Shown: piece after piece, positions 1 through 12,310 of the stretch
Numbering within the stretch: the stretch's first letter is position 1
Layout: each line of letters starts with the position of its first letter
Assembly (NCBI GenBank): GCA_002633005.1
Contig: NMRA01000268.1
Coordinates: 543,713 to 576,505 of the forward strand
Length of the DNA: 32,793 bases
Direction: 5' to 3'
DNA from: Phoronis australis
Lineage: Eukaryota; Animalia; Phoronida
Notes under the pieces: model-generated
The model's input: only the letters and a program-made list of their open reading frames with translations
Told to the model about the DNA's origin: nothing
The model's database searches: none
Program-made: the position numbers and the translations under genes

Positions 1-1079
1 AAAGCAATTTAATTTGCTTAATAAAGACAATTTTGATTTTGACTGACATCTAGTGGCAAGTTAGAACTTTATGAGCTTATTAAACTTGACAACAGGTGTC
101 ACTAAAAACTAGGTCACATCAGAACTCATGTTAGTAGTACTTAATATGTCTAATTGATATTAAAATCGGCATTGGTATTATTAAAGGAACTTTTGAACTT
201 TTGTTTGCTGCTCTTGGTCTGTCAAATGCTTTGGAGAAATTATGAGATGCATTGGTGGGAAAGCTAAACTTTGAAGTGTCTAAGAAGTAGGTCACACCAG
301 TGCAGTGTGCAGTTTTAAACCATATATAAATACCTCCAGCATGACCATGCTTATGGGTAGACACAAAACAATGTCAATAACTGACATTCAACATTTGCGT
401 GGAGTTTGGAATTTATAATGTGGAGAACACTGTAGTGGTCTCAATAAGTTGAACAGAAAATAAATTAAATGTAATGCATAAAGTTTTGAAAATAAATAGA
501 GCAGTAGCAAGACTCCCTAAGAATCAAGCTCGTTTTCGAAAACTTTGCTCCATTGATGATCTGATTGGTTCATGCACTTACGACGGGAAAATGTTAGACC
601 AAGTATTGTGCCCGTGTGCACTGTACAACACTTTGTATCTTATTCTTATTCAGTCAATGTGCTGATACAGTAAATTTCCTTGTTTATGCCCATCCTGATT
701 TGACTGCAACTTGAGCTTGTTGGGTTCTACCATATTGGGGTTGGCATAATGGCCCACATGGTGCTTACTCGAATGGACTTCACTTTTACCGGCTATTTCA
801 ATACAGGTGAAGTAAATAAACAAAGTGGATCATTATCATCACCGGAATTTCATCATTAGTATCTTTTGCCGGGTGCTCAAATTTCTGTGACTAGGGATTC
901 TCACGTTTGTAATGTAGTGTTTCGCTGGACTTCCAGGTCTGCTGTGTTATTTATACCGGACCAAACTTAAAAATGAGATCCTTGTTTAAACCAGGAGGTG
1001 CATAAAAAATAATTGCAAGCGGTCTGATACACGTTGTACCAGACGTGCGCAGGCAGTGCATGTGGGCCCATTGCACTAA

Positions 1080-1237
1080 TAACTTGGAACCATTTTATGC
1101 ATTATATTTATTAGTTAAAACCGCGTTGAGGAGCTTGAAACCTGACCCAAGGATTAAGCAGTGTGACCCAGTGGGATTCAAACCCACCACCTCGAGTAAA
1201 AAAAGCACGCACCTATCACACTAAGCCACACCGCCTC
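1080..1237 (-). mobile_element. Probable tRNA-derived SINE 5' head (degenerate)
   Basis: The minus strand reads GGCGGTGTGGCTTAGTGTG (Pol III A-box-like) ... GGTGGGTTTGAATCCCACTGG (B-box-like, 1173-1184) at tRNA-like spacing, followed by ATCCTTGGGTCAGG. It does not fold into a convincing cloverleaf. The 3' boundary is uncertain. Confidence 0.4.
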
Positions 1238-2175
1238 CTCGAGGAGGCCATAGGGTGTAATTTGTGTAGACGTTTCTCTGCGTTGCGAGTTTTCATAAAA
1301 CTATGGTAAATTCACAAAAGATTACGTGCGATGCAACTGAAGTTCATAAAAAGTAAAAGTCTGGACTTCCAAATCGCTTGATCTGATTTGACATATTTCA
1401 CATATTTCAGAAGGACAATACTTAGTATCTTTTACACAGGGACCCCTTTGTAACATTAGGAGTAGGATTGATCCATTATGTACGTATATGACTTTACTAA
1501 ACCAGTTGAAGAATTTTGTTTTTATCATAAATATTCGTTTGAAAGGCTTAAGTTTGGAAATATTAGTACTTACGGCAAAAATTTAAAAATCATTGGCCCG
1601 GTTACAAAAATTTAACATTGAAGCATAAAAACAACCTGCACGCACCCCTCTGATGTTCCTGTTCCATGTTTGCAAAGAAGTTGAAACTCGTGTTAGTTGG
1701 TTGTATTTTCATAGACTGTAATGTATTGTACTTGGGTAAGATGGTCTAGAGATTTTATGCGGCATACATTTATCATGAAATGAGTATGTAACCTGCTGTT
1801 GAATTGCGAGATAAATTTTGAGTAGGCCAGTTGGTTATTTCTGGAGTATTACTGTGATCTTTATTTTTGTTAAAGGTTTTACCAGCATTCAATTTATCGA
1901 AATTAATGATCCAAATCCCTACGAAATGTGCGCATTTTGCTGATATAGTAACCAACTGATTAGGGCCAGTGAAGATGACGAATTCGGTTAAGTGCACACT
2001 AGACTATGGCTGAGGTTCCTCGTAAGGACAGGAGTTCATGAATCCCTATCTTTTGAAAGAATTTGGCGGACAATTTTAATAAAAAAAATTACCAGGTAAT
2101 GTTCATCAAAAAGGAGTAAAGAACAATGGATATGTGAAGATGGAATTAACTAGTAGTCCTACCAGAAGTTCTTAA

Positions 2176-3343
2176 AGGAGAATGCCACCCGATTTAATTA
2201 GTCTTTTTTGCCGTCTTAATCGGTCTATATCCACATTGCCTCGCATACAGTCGACCTTACCTTGCCAAGAGGTGTCGCGTTAACCTGTGAGGAAGGTGAG
2301 AAACGACGCTAGCAATGTCAGTGGTTCATATGTAGAGTGAATGCCATTATGTTGTGGTGCATTGTTCCCGCTTTTCCGAACTAAGCAGCTGCGAGGAAAG
2401 CGGGTATATCGTTTTTTTTACTTCCTCGAAAGTCCGAAATTCTTAGGAAGTGGCTCATGGTTGTGAAGAATGAAATGTATGCTGTAAATAGCAAGTATGA
2501 GGCCGTGAAACATCTCCGTGTCTGTGGCCTGCAGACGTCGACAGTGCTTGACGAAGGTCGGCTTACCAAATAACCGTGCATACGTTCCGTTGTCTGAGCT
2601 TGTTCACGGCTCCTCTCTAGTATTTCGTCGTCACTGTATTCCTCAAATAATGATTGTCAATGTACAACTTCTGCCCTGACGGTGCTGTCCTGGTGGCCAA
2701 AGCGGAACCTGAATTCACGGCACATTACTTTGGCTCACAAGTATAGTATTTTCAGTTTCTGAAGTTCAGTTTCCGAGCCACTGGCCGGTATCATGATAAC
2801 GAGTCAATCCGGCCTGCCGGGACGGGCCTGATCGGGCTCCGAGCCACTGACCAGGATAACAAGCGTTGTGTGTTTAGAACTCAAAAAATCACAAGTCTAA
2901 ACAACACAGATTTAGGTTCTCCTGTCTGTATCTCATGGAAACTACCTCGAAATTATCTCCGAACAGACCACAAACTCCTGCTACGGACCTCATTGACCTG
3001 CCGAACTTTGTAGGCTATGGTGTGTCCAAATACCAATAAATCTGTAAGAGCGAAATAAAACAACACGTTTTTATAAGAAGTTGGTGTATTTTTAAGGGTT
3101 TTACATCGAAGTTTGATGATCTATTGGTGTTAAACGATGACTTCAAGCGATAAGCTGACACCAGTAACCCGTGTTGTGAACTGCTGAACAGACTGCGTGT
3201 GAAACCGATGACGTCATTGGATAATTTCAACACCTCCCTCTGCCGTCAGGTGTTAGGTAACGCAATCGTACATGTCATTATGGAGCAGAACTACTCGATC
3301 TAAATTGATACAAATTAGGTTGTGTTTTGAGTGGCATGCTGCT
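2176..3343. mobile_element. Non-autonomous Kolobok-like DNA transposon, copy 1
   Basis: TTAA on both sides (2172-2175, 3344-3347); imperfect TIRs AGGAGAATGCCACCC ... GAGTGGCATGCTGCT. Homologous over most of its length to 26216-27216 in inverted orientation. A TTAA TSD with 5'-RR termini is the Kolobok pattern (piggyBac has 5'-CC). No transposase ORF. Confidence 0.85.
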
Positions 3344-3547
3344 TTAAAATACATCCATCATCAAAATTATGTCTTGAACATACATATAAAGTCTTATTTT
3401 CATTAACGTTTTTACACGGCATAAGGTTTTTCTCCCACAGCCGATTATGGGGTCCCCATACACTATGGAAACTAATGCCTTTGTATTTCGCCTGTGTCGC
3501 TGAACACCCGGCCACACAGCAACTGATCCACGATTAGCAGACGACAT
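3344..3547 (-). pseudogene. Degenerate THAP zinc-finger domain (probable transposase N-terminus remnant)
   Basis: The minus frame gives SCCVAGCSATQAKYKGISFHSVWGPHNRLWEKNLMPCKNVNENKTLYVCSRHNFDDGCIL, with the THAP C2CH pattern (CxxxGC, SFH, W, VCSxH.F). The nearest ATG (3547) is out of frame, and the domain is cut at the TTAA of the Kolobok-like insertion. Confidence 0.7.
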
Positions 3548-6175
3548 ACTTGTGGGAAATATCACCACATAATTTGGCCAGGTGACGCTAGTGCATAATG
3601 ACGTAACGGCTTGTGCGAAACAGCACAGATTTCGTGCATTGAAAGTAAAACTATGCAGAGTTGGCGGTCTATGTACTATTATATAGTCTATGGTTCCAGA
3701 CAGGGTTCCAGACGGTTAAGCAACACGTAGCCCCTCTGTTGACGGGTTGGGGTGATGTAATCACGAGTATCTATGATGTAATTGCCTACCAGACGGTCTG
3801 CCAGTCGATCGCCAATGGGACGCAATCCACAGATGCCAAACCATTGGCAGTTAGTACCCAACTGGCCCCAGTAGAGACGGTGGCCATCCCTTGCATAGTG
3901 CTTTTTGGCGAATCTTGCCTCATTGATTAAACCATCAACGTCATGTTGCTGTAAGTGCCTTATATAGTGCACATACGTACACATTAGAATACCGTTGAAG
4001 TCTTTAACATCTCAGCTTGAACATTAGAGTCGCTTCTAATAATGTTTGAAAAACCCAGTTTGAACGAGCAGCTAACTGGAACTGGAAGGACTGACACTCT
4101 ATCATTATTTAGGTGATCTGAAGATTATGTTGCAAAGCAACGTATGTATATTTATATATGTTTTTATCGTCATAGTTGTGCATGCCAACTTCACGTGTTA
4201 TGTTGCATTTGTCATTTTTGATGTGCGTTTCACTTAGAACTACTAGTAGTTGTAAATAGTAGCCTGAAGATGAGATATGTGTCTCAAAATATCGCTTTTT
4301 AAATTATGTTACCTACTGATGTCGTTTGGATTTATGTTGCACGGTTGTGATGTAAAGACAAGATCTCTATTTAGAGAGGTGGAAAGAACTGAAATTAGAA
4401 TAGTAAAAACAGACCAAAGTCATGTCTTCAATGAAATATGTGTAGTCTACTTTATGCACTATTTTCAAAAACGCTATTGTGAATTGTTTTTTTAAATATA
4501 TATTCCACTTTTGCATGAGGAATTATCAATTATAGGACTTTTATTATGGAAAGGAATAAAGCATTGCATTTGCATAAAATGAAACAAAATAATAATTTAG
4601 AACTATAACAGCATTTTTATGCGCCCACATATTTATATGTGGACGCATTATGCCGTCATCTCCGTCTGTCCGGCATACCCTGCTTTATCTCCAAAACGCC
4701 TTGACTTATGTTTATGAAATTTTCACATATGCTTCTTCCATGGATGGGACGGCATGAGCGAACTTTTGGACAGATCCGACTACCTGTGTGCCCCCTAGTG
4801 GCAATTTTAGTTTTTTACATTTACCTCTGTATCTTCAAAAGTCCTCAACAGATTTTCATAAAATTTGGTATATAGGCATCTATTAATGAGATGACCCTAT
4901 CCGCTCGTTTTCAGATGGATTCGACAAAGTTTGTGCCACCAAGTGGCCATTTGTATGGTTTTCGAGTCTCTTTTTTGGGTCCACTTCTCTATCACCAAAC
5001 CGCTCAAAGGATGATTGTGAATATTGGCATGTATGTTCTTACTATGAAGTGGACGGCTGGCGATGATTTTCTGACGACTTCGAATACTTTGGCGTCACCT
5101 TGTGGTAGTTTTGTTTTGCGCCTAAGGCTGTATCTCCTAAACCATTCGCAGGATCTTTACTAAATTTAGTAAGTGTATTAATATGATGTTAACAACGGAG
5201 GACGACGACTTTCAGACAGATTTGAGTACTGGTTTGCCACCCACCTCATATAGTGGCACTTTTATTTTTTTACGTATACCTCTGTATCTTCAAAGGTCTT
5301 CAACGTATTTTCATAAAACTTGGCATACAGGTATCTGTTAATGAGGTGACGCTATCTCTCCGTTTGCACCGCCTAATGGCCATTTTTACTGTTTTCAAGT
5401 CTTTTTTTTGGCGTCCACTCTTCTGTCAACCAAACTGCTTTTAGGATAATTGTGAAAATTGGCATGTTTGTTATTACTATGAAGTGGTCGTCTTGACGAT
5501 GATTTTCCGACAACTATGACTACTGTGGCGCCTCCTAGGGGCAGTTTTTTTGCACTCATGGCTGTATGTCCTAAACCGTTTGCAGAATCTTTACTTAATT
5601 TAGCAGGTGTATTTATATGACGTTGACAACAGACGAGGACGACTTTTGGATGGATCTGACTACTGGTGTGCCCTGTAGTGGCAATTTTAGTTTTTTACGT
5701 TTACCACTTTCTGTATTTTCAAAGGTCCTCAACAGATTTTCATGAAATTTTGAATGTAGGCATCAATTGGTGAGATAAGCCCTCCTGTTTTTGGATGGAA
5801 TCGAGGTATTTTGCGCCACCTAGGCTAGTAGCCATTTTTGGCTGTTTTCAAATTTTGGTTTTGGTGTCCACCCGTCTATCAACCAAATCATTTTAGGGAT
5901 GGTTTTGAAACTTGGCGTATATGTTCTCAGTGCGATGAGGACGTTTGATGATGGTGACTGATTACTGTGGCGCCTGCTAATGGTAGTTTTGTTTTGTTTT
6001 GCGCCCCTTGCTGTATCTCCTAAACCCACTGCAGGATCTTTACTAAATTTAGTAAGTGTATTTATATGAAGATAACAACAGACGACGACTTTCAGGCAGA
6101 TCCAACATACACTGTGCCCACTAGTGGCAATTTATTTTACTCTGTTTTCCTTTCTCTGAAGTTCCTTGACAGATT

Positions 6176-7520
6176 TTTATGCGCCCACATATTTATATGT
6201 GGTCTCACATTGTCGTCATCTCTGTCTGTCCGGGCGTCCGGCGTCCTCAGCTGTATCTCCTAAACCCTCACAGGATCTTGATGAGATGTGGCACCAGTTG
6301 TGTTCCTATGAAGCTGACGACAGATGACGACGAATTTTGGATCTTTCCGACTATTGGTGTGCCCCCTAGTGGCAATTTTAGTTTTTTACGCTTACCTCTA
6401 TATCTTCGGAAGTCATCAACGTAGATTCATAAAATTTGAAATTTAGGCATCTGTTAGTGAAATGAAACTATCCTCTTGTTTTCGGATGGATTTGACGTAA
6501 TTTGCACCACCTAGTGGCCATTTTTACTGTTTTCGAGTGTGTTTTTTGGCGTCCACCCCTCTATCAATCAAACCGCTCAAAGGATGATTGTGAAAATTGG
6601 CATGTATGTGTTTATTATGAAGAGGACGGTTGACGATGATTTTCCGACGATTTCGACTACTGTGTCGCCTCCTAGTGGTAGTTTTTTTTGCGCCTATGGC
6701 TGTATCTCCTAAACCGTTCGCAGGATCTTTACAAAATTCTGTAAGTATATTTATATAACGTTAACAACAGACGACAACTTTCGGACAGATCCGACTACCG
6801 GTGGCCTGCCCCCTAGTGGCAATTTATTTCTTTACTTTATTTAGCAAGTGTATTTATATGATGTTGACTACGGATGACGACGACTTTCGGACAGATCTGA
6901 CTACTACTGTGCCCCCTAGTGGCAATTTTAGTTTTTTAAGTTTAACTCTGTATCTTCAAAGGTCCTCAACAGATTTTCATAAAATTTTAAATATAGGCAT
7001 CTATTGGTGTGATGACACTATCTTGATGGAATCGAGATATTTTGCACCACCTAGTGGCCATTTTTGCTGTTTTCAAGTCTTGTTTTTGGCGTCCACCCTT
7101 GTATCAACCAAATCATTTGAAAATTGGCATATGTGTTCTCAGTGTGAAGACTACTGTGGCGCCTCCTAGTAGTAGTTTTGTTTTGCGTCCATTGTTGTAT
7201 CTCCTAAACCCACTGCAGGATCTTTACTAAATTTAGTAAGTGTATTTATATGAAGATAATATTTACAGACGACGACTTTCAAGCAGATCCAACGGACACT
7301 GTGCCCCCTAGTGGCAATTTCATTTTATTATGTTTTCCTTTGTTTCTCTGAAGTTCCTTGACAGATTTTTATGAAATATGGCATGTTCCTGTTTTTGGAT
7401 TAATTGTATGTTTTTGCGCCATCTAGTGGCCATTTTTATGATACAAAATGAAAAACCCTAAAAGCACACCGTTTGCAAGGCATTCGTGGGTGCATTTCAA
7501 CGCTCCGCAGTGCTCTTGTT
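6176..7520 (+). mobile_element. HINE-like element copy 2, nested in copy 1
   Basis: Begins TTTATGCGCCCACATATTTATATGTGG and ends GTGGGTGCATTTCAACGCTCCGCAGTGCTCTTGTT. Removing it restores GACAGATTTTT|ATGAAATAT, which is seen uninterrupted at ~7360-7379. Confidence 0.8.
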
Positions 7521-7614
7521 ATGAAATATAGCATTTTCCCGTTTTTGGATGGATGGTACATTTTTGCGCCAGCTAGTTGCCATTTTTATGATACAAATAA
7601 AATAACCCTAAAAG

Positions 7615-7848
7615 TGAAAAGTCGTGAGTAAAACAAAGATTGTGCCCAGTTGGCTGTCGAACTAAAAGTGTATTGATATTCACAAATAATAGAATATTTA
7701 TACAGAAATGTACAGGAAGTCAATAGGTTCTAGGAATATATGACTAATAGAGTACTGACTACAAAACAGGAACCAGTAAACCATAAACAACAACAGGATA
7801 GAATATTATGTAACTACAGGATATAAACACATTCCAATATAGTTATCA
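7615..7848 (-). repeat. 3' LTR (234 bp)
   Basis: Direct repeat of 12081-12310; starts TG and ends CA; adjacent to the polypurine tract. Confidence 0.95.
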
Positions 7849-7850
7849 AA

Positions 7851-7872
7851 TTCCACTCTCTTTCTTTTCCTT
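7851..7872 (-). promoter_or_regulatory. Polypurine tract (PPT)
   Basis: Minus strand AAGGAAAAGAAAGAGAGTGGAA lies immediately upstream of the 3' LTR. Confidence 0.85.
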
Positions 7873-7939
7873 AAGATAATCCATATATCAAAACCTATGT
7901 AATATAGTTTTACTAACACGTATACAATAAATGTTCTGA

Positions 7940-9264
7940 CTAAAATTCTAACATGCCTGTCTCTAACACTTTTCGCAGTACAATAGAGGATGCTCCACGT
8001 TTCGTAAGACAATCAGCTAGTTGAGCTTTAGAATCACACCATTTAATTTCTTTAATCTGTTTGTTTTCAATGAGTTCCTTTATACCACTGATTTCCATGC
8101 GAAGCCTCTTCTCTGTTACAAACTTTTGTGACTTAATTGCCTCAAATAATGACTTACAATCAGTAAAGCATACCAGTTGTACAACAGTAGAATCTGGTGT
8201 CCCACACGTCAATTCACCTAAAAGTGTCATTATGAAGAGAGACACATCAATGCCTTCTGCCATGGCTAAAGTTTCAGCTGCCAATGTACTTCTAACTACC
8301 CGTCTGATTTTCTTTGAATTCCACCAAATAGGTGTTATTTTCCCAGACTTGTTCATCAAACCAATAAAATAACCCCCTTGACTTCCACCGTCAGGTAAAT
8401 TGCCCAAGGCAGCATCACTGAACAAAGCCACGCACAAGTCACTGTCCTGTCCTAAGGATTGATACTTTAGAGACATCTTTGTTGCTTTAGCCTTGCCAAT
8501 AATCTTGTTTACCATCAGCATGTCTTTTACAGTACAACATTTGATATTGTTCGCCACAACACTAACATCAAACAGTAAATCTGGTCTACTTTGGTGTGCT
8601 AACCATAACAATTGCCCAACTTTGGACCTAAGAGCATGCTTCTCATTCTCAGTCAACACAGAATCCTGTTCACTAGCTCTACTAGCACTAACATCAATCT
8701 GCAACAAATCATCCGTATATTTATTCTGATGCAAAATTATCCTATTGTCACCTGTGCATTGCAATTCAATCCCACAGTATTTGAATGCATCACTATTCTC
8801 TTTGCCAACCTTAAAAGTTGATCTAATTTTGGAAATAACAGTCTCAAACTCTTCTGTACCTCCCCAGACAAAATCATCAACATGACATGCGAGTATACCA
8901 TAGACCTCATTTCTATCATTCATCCAGTAAAATACAGCAGGATCCACCCTTGACATCTTCCCCCCGTTTTCCAACATGACTGATTTCACCCGAAAATACC
9001 AGTTCAGTGAAGCGTCGCTTAGGCCATATACGCATTTTTCCAATCGCCATAATTTACTGTTCGCATTGGCTTCTTTGGGGGGTCTGATATATATTTCCCT
9101 GTCAATAGGATTTCCCTGCAAAAATGCTGTCTTAATGTCCATTGAATTCATTTTCCAGTTTTTCATGGCCAAAATTGCAAAAATCAAGCGCAGTGACTCA
9201 TGCGCACATGTAGGTGAATCTTTTTGAATGTCATTTTGAAATTCCTCAAAACCTCTAGCAACTA
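7940..9264 (-). CDS. pol: copia pol segment: reverse transcriptase + RNase H (out of frame with the upstream pol)
   Basis: RLVARGFEE, MDIKTAFLQG, LEKCVYGLSDA, HVDDF, FSDAA, STLAAETLA, TDCKSL, QLADCLTK; stop at 7940. The 'RWV...KA' stretch normally found before RLVARG is missing. Confidence 0.9.
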
Positions 9265-11228
9265 AGCGGAGATACATTTCTGACCTTCATTTGGCACTTC
9301 ACTATAAACATTGTTTTGTTTCCAACTTTCCAGTTCAGCCAATTTTGCATCCTTTAATTGAACATCATCAGTAATCAAAACACTTTCTGTAGTATCAATT
9401 ATGTCATTGTCAACTATCTTCAGGTCATTCACACTTTTGAGGTCAACAGACAATGTTGCGCCCTCTAACTCATCAGGACTTGTAATGTTTAAATTATACC
9501 AGCTGTTGTTTTTGCCAGAAGCCTTAGTAGCTCTCCCCATGACTACAGCTCGTATTACAGAGTTGTCATCACTGTGCCTGTAAGTAATAATTTGTCCAGA
9601 TTTTAATGACTGATAAGGGACATTTGGTGCAGTGTCAACCCCATCAGTGCTCATTTGATTCTCAGAACTTGAGTCATCAGAGTCTGTCTCATGTGTTCTG
9701 GCTGACTCAGGATTATTTCCTGCCTCTCCTTCAGGCAAGCTGCTAACAGGTATTTCATCATCGTCATCATCCTCATATTTATTTGCCAAACATTCTCTGG
9801 TGGATGTTTCTGAAATCTGGTCATTTTTACTCCCATGACCCTCATTAGCCGAAACTTCAGGGATAGCTTTTTGTAATCTGATTTCATGAACTCTCACAAT
9901 AGAACCGCCATGTTTGACAATAATAGTAGATCCATCTCTTCCAATAACAACGCCAGGACCCTTCCATTCGGAAAAACCAGGTCTTTTGTAGTATACTTTA
10001 TCCCCAGTATCACAAGAATTAGTAACTGATCGTGTTTGTTTCCTTAATGCTCTTCTAATCTTTTCTGAACTTTCAGCCTTAGCAAAAGCAGCTCTTGCTG
10101 CATACATCGCGTTGATGTGATTACCAACTTTTTCACTCATGGTTGTGCCCTCCAATGCAGGGGGTTTATCTGTTAAAACTGATGGCAAATTTGGATTTCT
10201 GCCGAAAACCAGCTGATATGGACTGAAACCATATGTATTGTGCAATGAATTTTTAGCCATTAAGGCCCATGCCAATGCTGTTTCCCAATCAAGATTATGA
10301 CTTGATTTCAATTTTTCCAGAATATCAGTCAACGTCATGTTGTTTCTTTCTAGAGTACCATTAGACCAGGGGGAATATGCCGGGGTGGTCAGTACCTCTA
10401 TGTTGAAATTCTCTGCCATGTCCCTAACTTCATCGTTATTGAATTCTCCCCCATTATCACTGAACAATCGTTGAGGAGCCCCAAAAATACTGATCCAATG
10501 CTTAATGAAATTTTCAACAAATACATTCGCTTTCTTACAATGCATTATACAGCCTGAACTAAAGCGTGTGAATTCGTCAATGATGTGTAAATACCACAAA
10601 TTTGGACCCAACTGGTGCAAATCGACTGCCACAGTCTGATTGAAATCACTTGCAAGTGGCAAGCCAACAGCTGGTCTAGGACTTGGCTTCTTGAATTTTA
10701 GACATGTATCACATTTCTTGATTATGTCTTTCAACAATGTAAACACATTCTCATCATTGACGCCTGCACACTTCAGCAATTGCTTAATTCTATCACAGGT
10801 AGCATGGCCAAATTGACAGTGTAATTTCATAAGCATTTTTGACTTCTGACTAACACTCAAATTCTTATCATCTAAGAAGAAAAGCTCACCCTCTGCAGCC
10901 TCTTCTTTCTGTGGTACACTGCTGATATCTACACACATGTGTCCACATGATGTGTGTTTAATCGCTACATCTTGACCGAACATTGAGACTCGGTTCTCCT
11001 TTAGGTCAATTTTTGTGTCTGCCCTCTTTAGACTTTCATTGCTCAGCAGCAGAGGAACGTCAACGGGAACTACCTCGACTTTAATTTGGCATACAGTGTC
11101 CCCAATCTGTGCTGGCAATGTTACTGTCTTGGTCGACACGATATTCTTCCCAAAGCCAAATTTGAATGATCTTTGACTGGGAACTGTCTTGACTTCAACT
11201 TCAGGTTGGCTCTCGAGATAAGTGTCCC
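9262..11228 (-). CDS. pol: copia pol segment: protease C-terminal half + integrase (frameshifted at both ends)
   Basis: FKFGFG and VPLLLS (protease); HHCC motif LHCQFGHA...CDTC; catalytic DDE core AVDL, SDNGGEF, GTLERNN; WKGPG; ends ELESWKQNNVY...KCISA*. Confidence 0.9.
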
Positions 11229-12059
11229 CTGCAGCCAGTTTTGCCCACATACTGTTCTTGAACACCCGGTGTCAAGAATAGCATAGTTCTTGGTTTCTGT
11301 CAGCAAAACAGTGTCATTGTCCAGTGACCAGTCAACATGATTTTGTTTCTTCTCTGGGCAGTCTTTAGCCCAATGAAACACAGAATTGCAGATCCTGCAG
11401 GATGTTCTTCTGCCATATTTGTTTAATGGGTTCGTTCCCCTCTGTGACATATCTGTTTTGGCTGTCTTTGGAGCTCTCCTCCACTTCCCATAGAGGACTT
11501 CATCTTTTATCGCAACGCCCTCTGACGCCTCACTTTTAATATCATACGTTCCGAAAATTCGCCGAAGTGCTGATTTCATACTTTCATACGTTAAGTCCGT
11601 ACACGCCATCAGTGTCATTTGTTTCTCTGTTTTGCTGAGATTTGCCCCATCCAGAAGCTTGAATGTTAGAACAGCATCCGGCAAAAACATGTCATATTTG
11701 TGACACTTCTTATTTAAGCCGTCAAAGTCACAAATGAAACCACTAATTGGCTGACCGTCCTTACGCATAAAGGTGTCAAAATTTTTGTACGCCTCATAGG
11801 CATAGTCCTTGCTCTCCTTAAGATAGACCTTATCTAGTTCTCCCACTAGTGTTATTAGACCGTCTTTTTTCTCTAGGTCCTTGGCCTCCGGTTGCAGTGC
11901 AGTTTCCCGCGCTCTCCCTGTGAGAGTTAAACTCACCGCTAGGCCCTGTTTTTCACAAGGTAAATCAGTTATCCTCTTCCACAGTTCTATCGCTTGCTTC
12001 CACTCCTGATAGTTTTCCCCAAACCTAGGCGGGTTCTTGTAGCTAACAGTTGAAGACAT
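11229..12059 (-). CDS. gag: copia gag + protease N-terminal half
   Basis: ATG at 12059 just after the PBS; CCHC zinc knuckle CRICNSVFHWAKDC; aspartic protease motif ILDTGCSRTVCG. Homology shifts to another frame at the G-run near 11228. Confidence 0.9.
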
Positions 12060-12062
12060 TTC

Positions 12063-12080
12063 AACCTTGCTCTGCTACCA
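12063..12080 (-). promoter_or_regulatory. Primer binding site, tRNA-iMet type
   Basis: Minus strand TGGTAGCAGAGCAAGGTT directly follows the 5' LTR. It matches the complement of the animal initiator tRNA-Met 3' end (TGGTAGCAGAGGATGGTT, recalled) at 16 of 18 positions. Confidence 0.85.
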
Positions 12081-12310
12081 TGAAAAGTCGTGAGTAAACA
12101 AAGATTGTGCCCAGTTGGCTATCGAACTAAAAGTGTATTGATATTCACAAATAATAGAATATATACAGAAATGTACAGGAAGTCAATTGGTTCTAGGAAT
12201 ATATGACTAATAGAGTACTGACTACAAAACAGAACCACTAAACCATAAACAACAACAGGATAGAATATTATGTAACGACAGGATATAAACACATTCCAAT
12301 ATAGTTATCA
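12081..12310 (-). repeat. 5' LTR (230 bp)
   Basis: Direct repeat of 7615-7848; by eye 4 substitutions and 3 small indels between the two LTRs. Confidence 0.95.

Larger units (their letters stand above)
7615..12310 (-). mobile_element. Ty1/copia LTR retrotransposon, GalEa-type, full length with disrupted gag-pol
   Basis: Paired TG...CA LTRs; PBS TGGTAGCAGAGC; PPT; domain order gag-PR-INT-RT-RH (copia order); HVDD in RT and a terminal ADCLTK in RNase H; AAAG duplicated at both flanks (7611-7614, 12311-12314). Confidence 0.95.

Noticed and set aside
1233-1248. Perfect 16-bp palindrome GCCTCCTCGAGGAGGC
   Set aside because: Single occurrence at the edge of the SINE-like head, with no supporting context for a function.
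3015-3233. 72-aa ORF duplicated at 26326-26544
   Set aside because: Conservation is explained by both lying in copies of the same Kolobok-like element; non-ATG start and no recognisable domain.
4891-7230. Recurrent short ORFs (PPSG, KIGMYVLTMK, LQDLY), also at 16639-17264 and 32412-32700
   Set aside because: These are translations of the non-coding HINE tandem repeat; frames are broken by indels between units.
8061-9887. Short antisense and alternative-frame ORFs within pol
   Set aside because: Shadows of the copia coding sequence.
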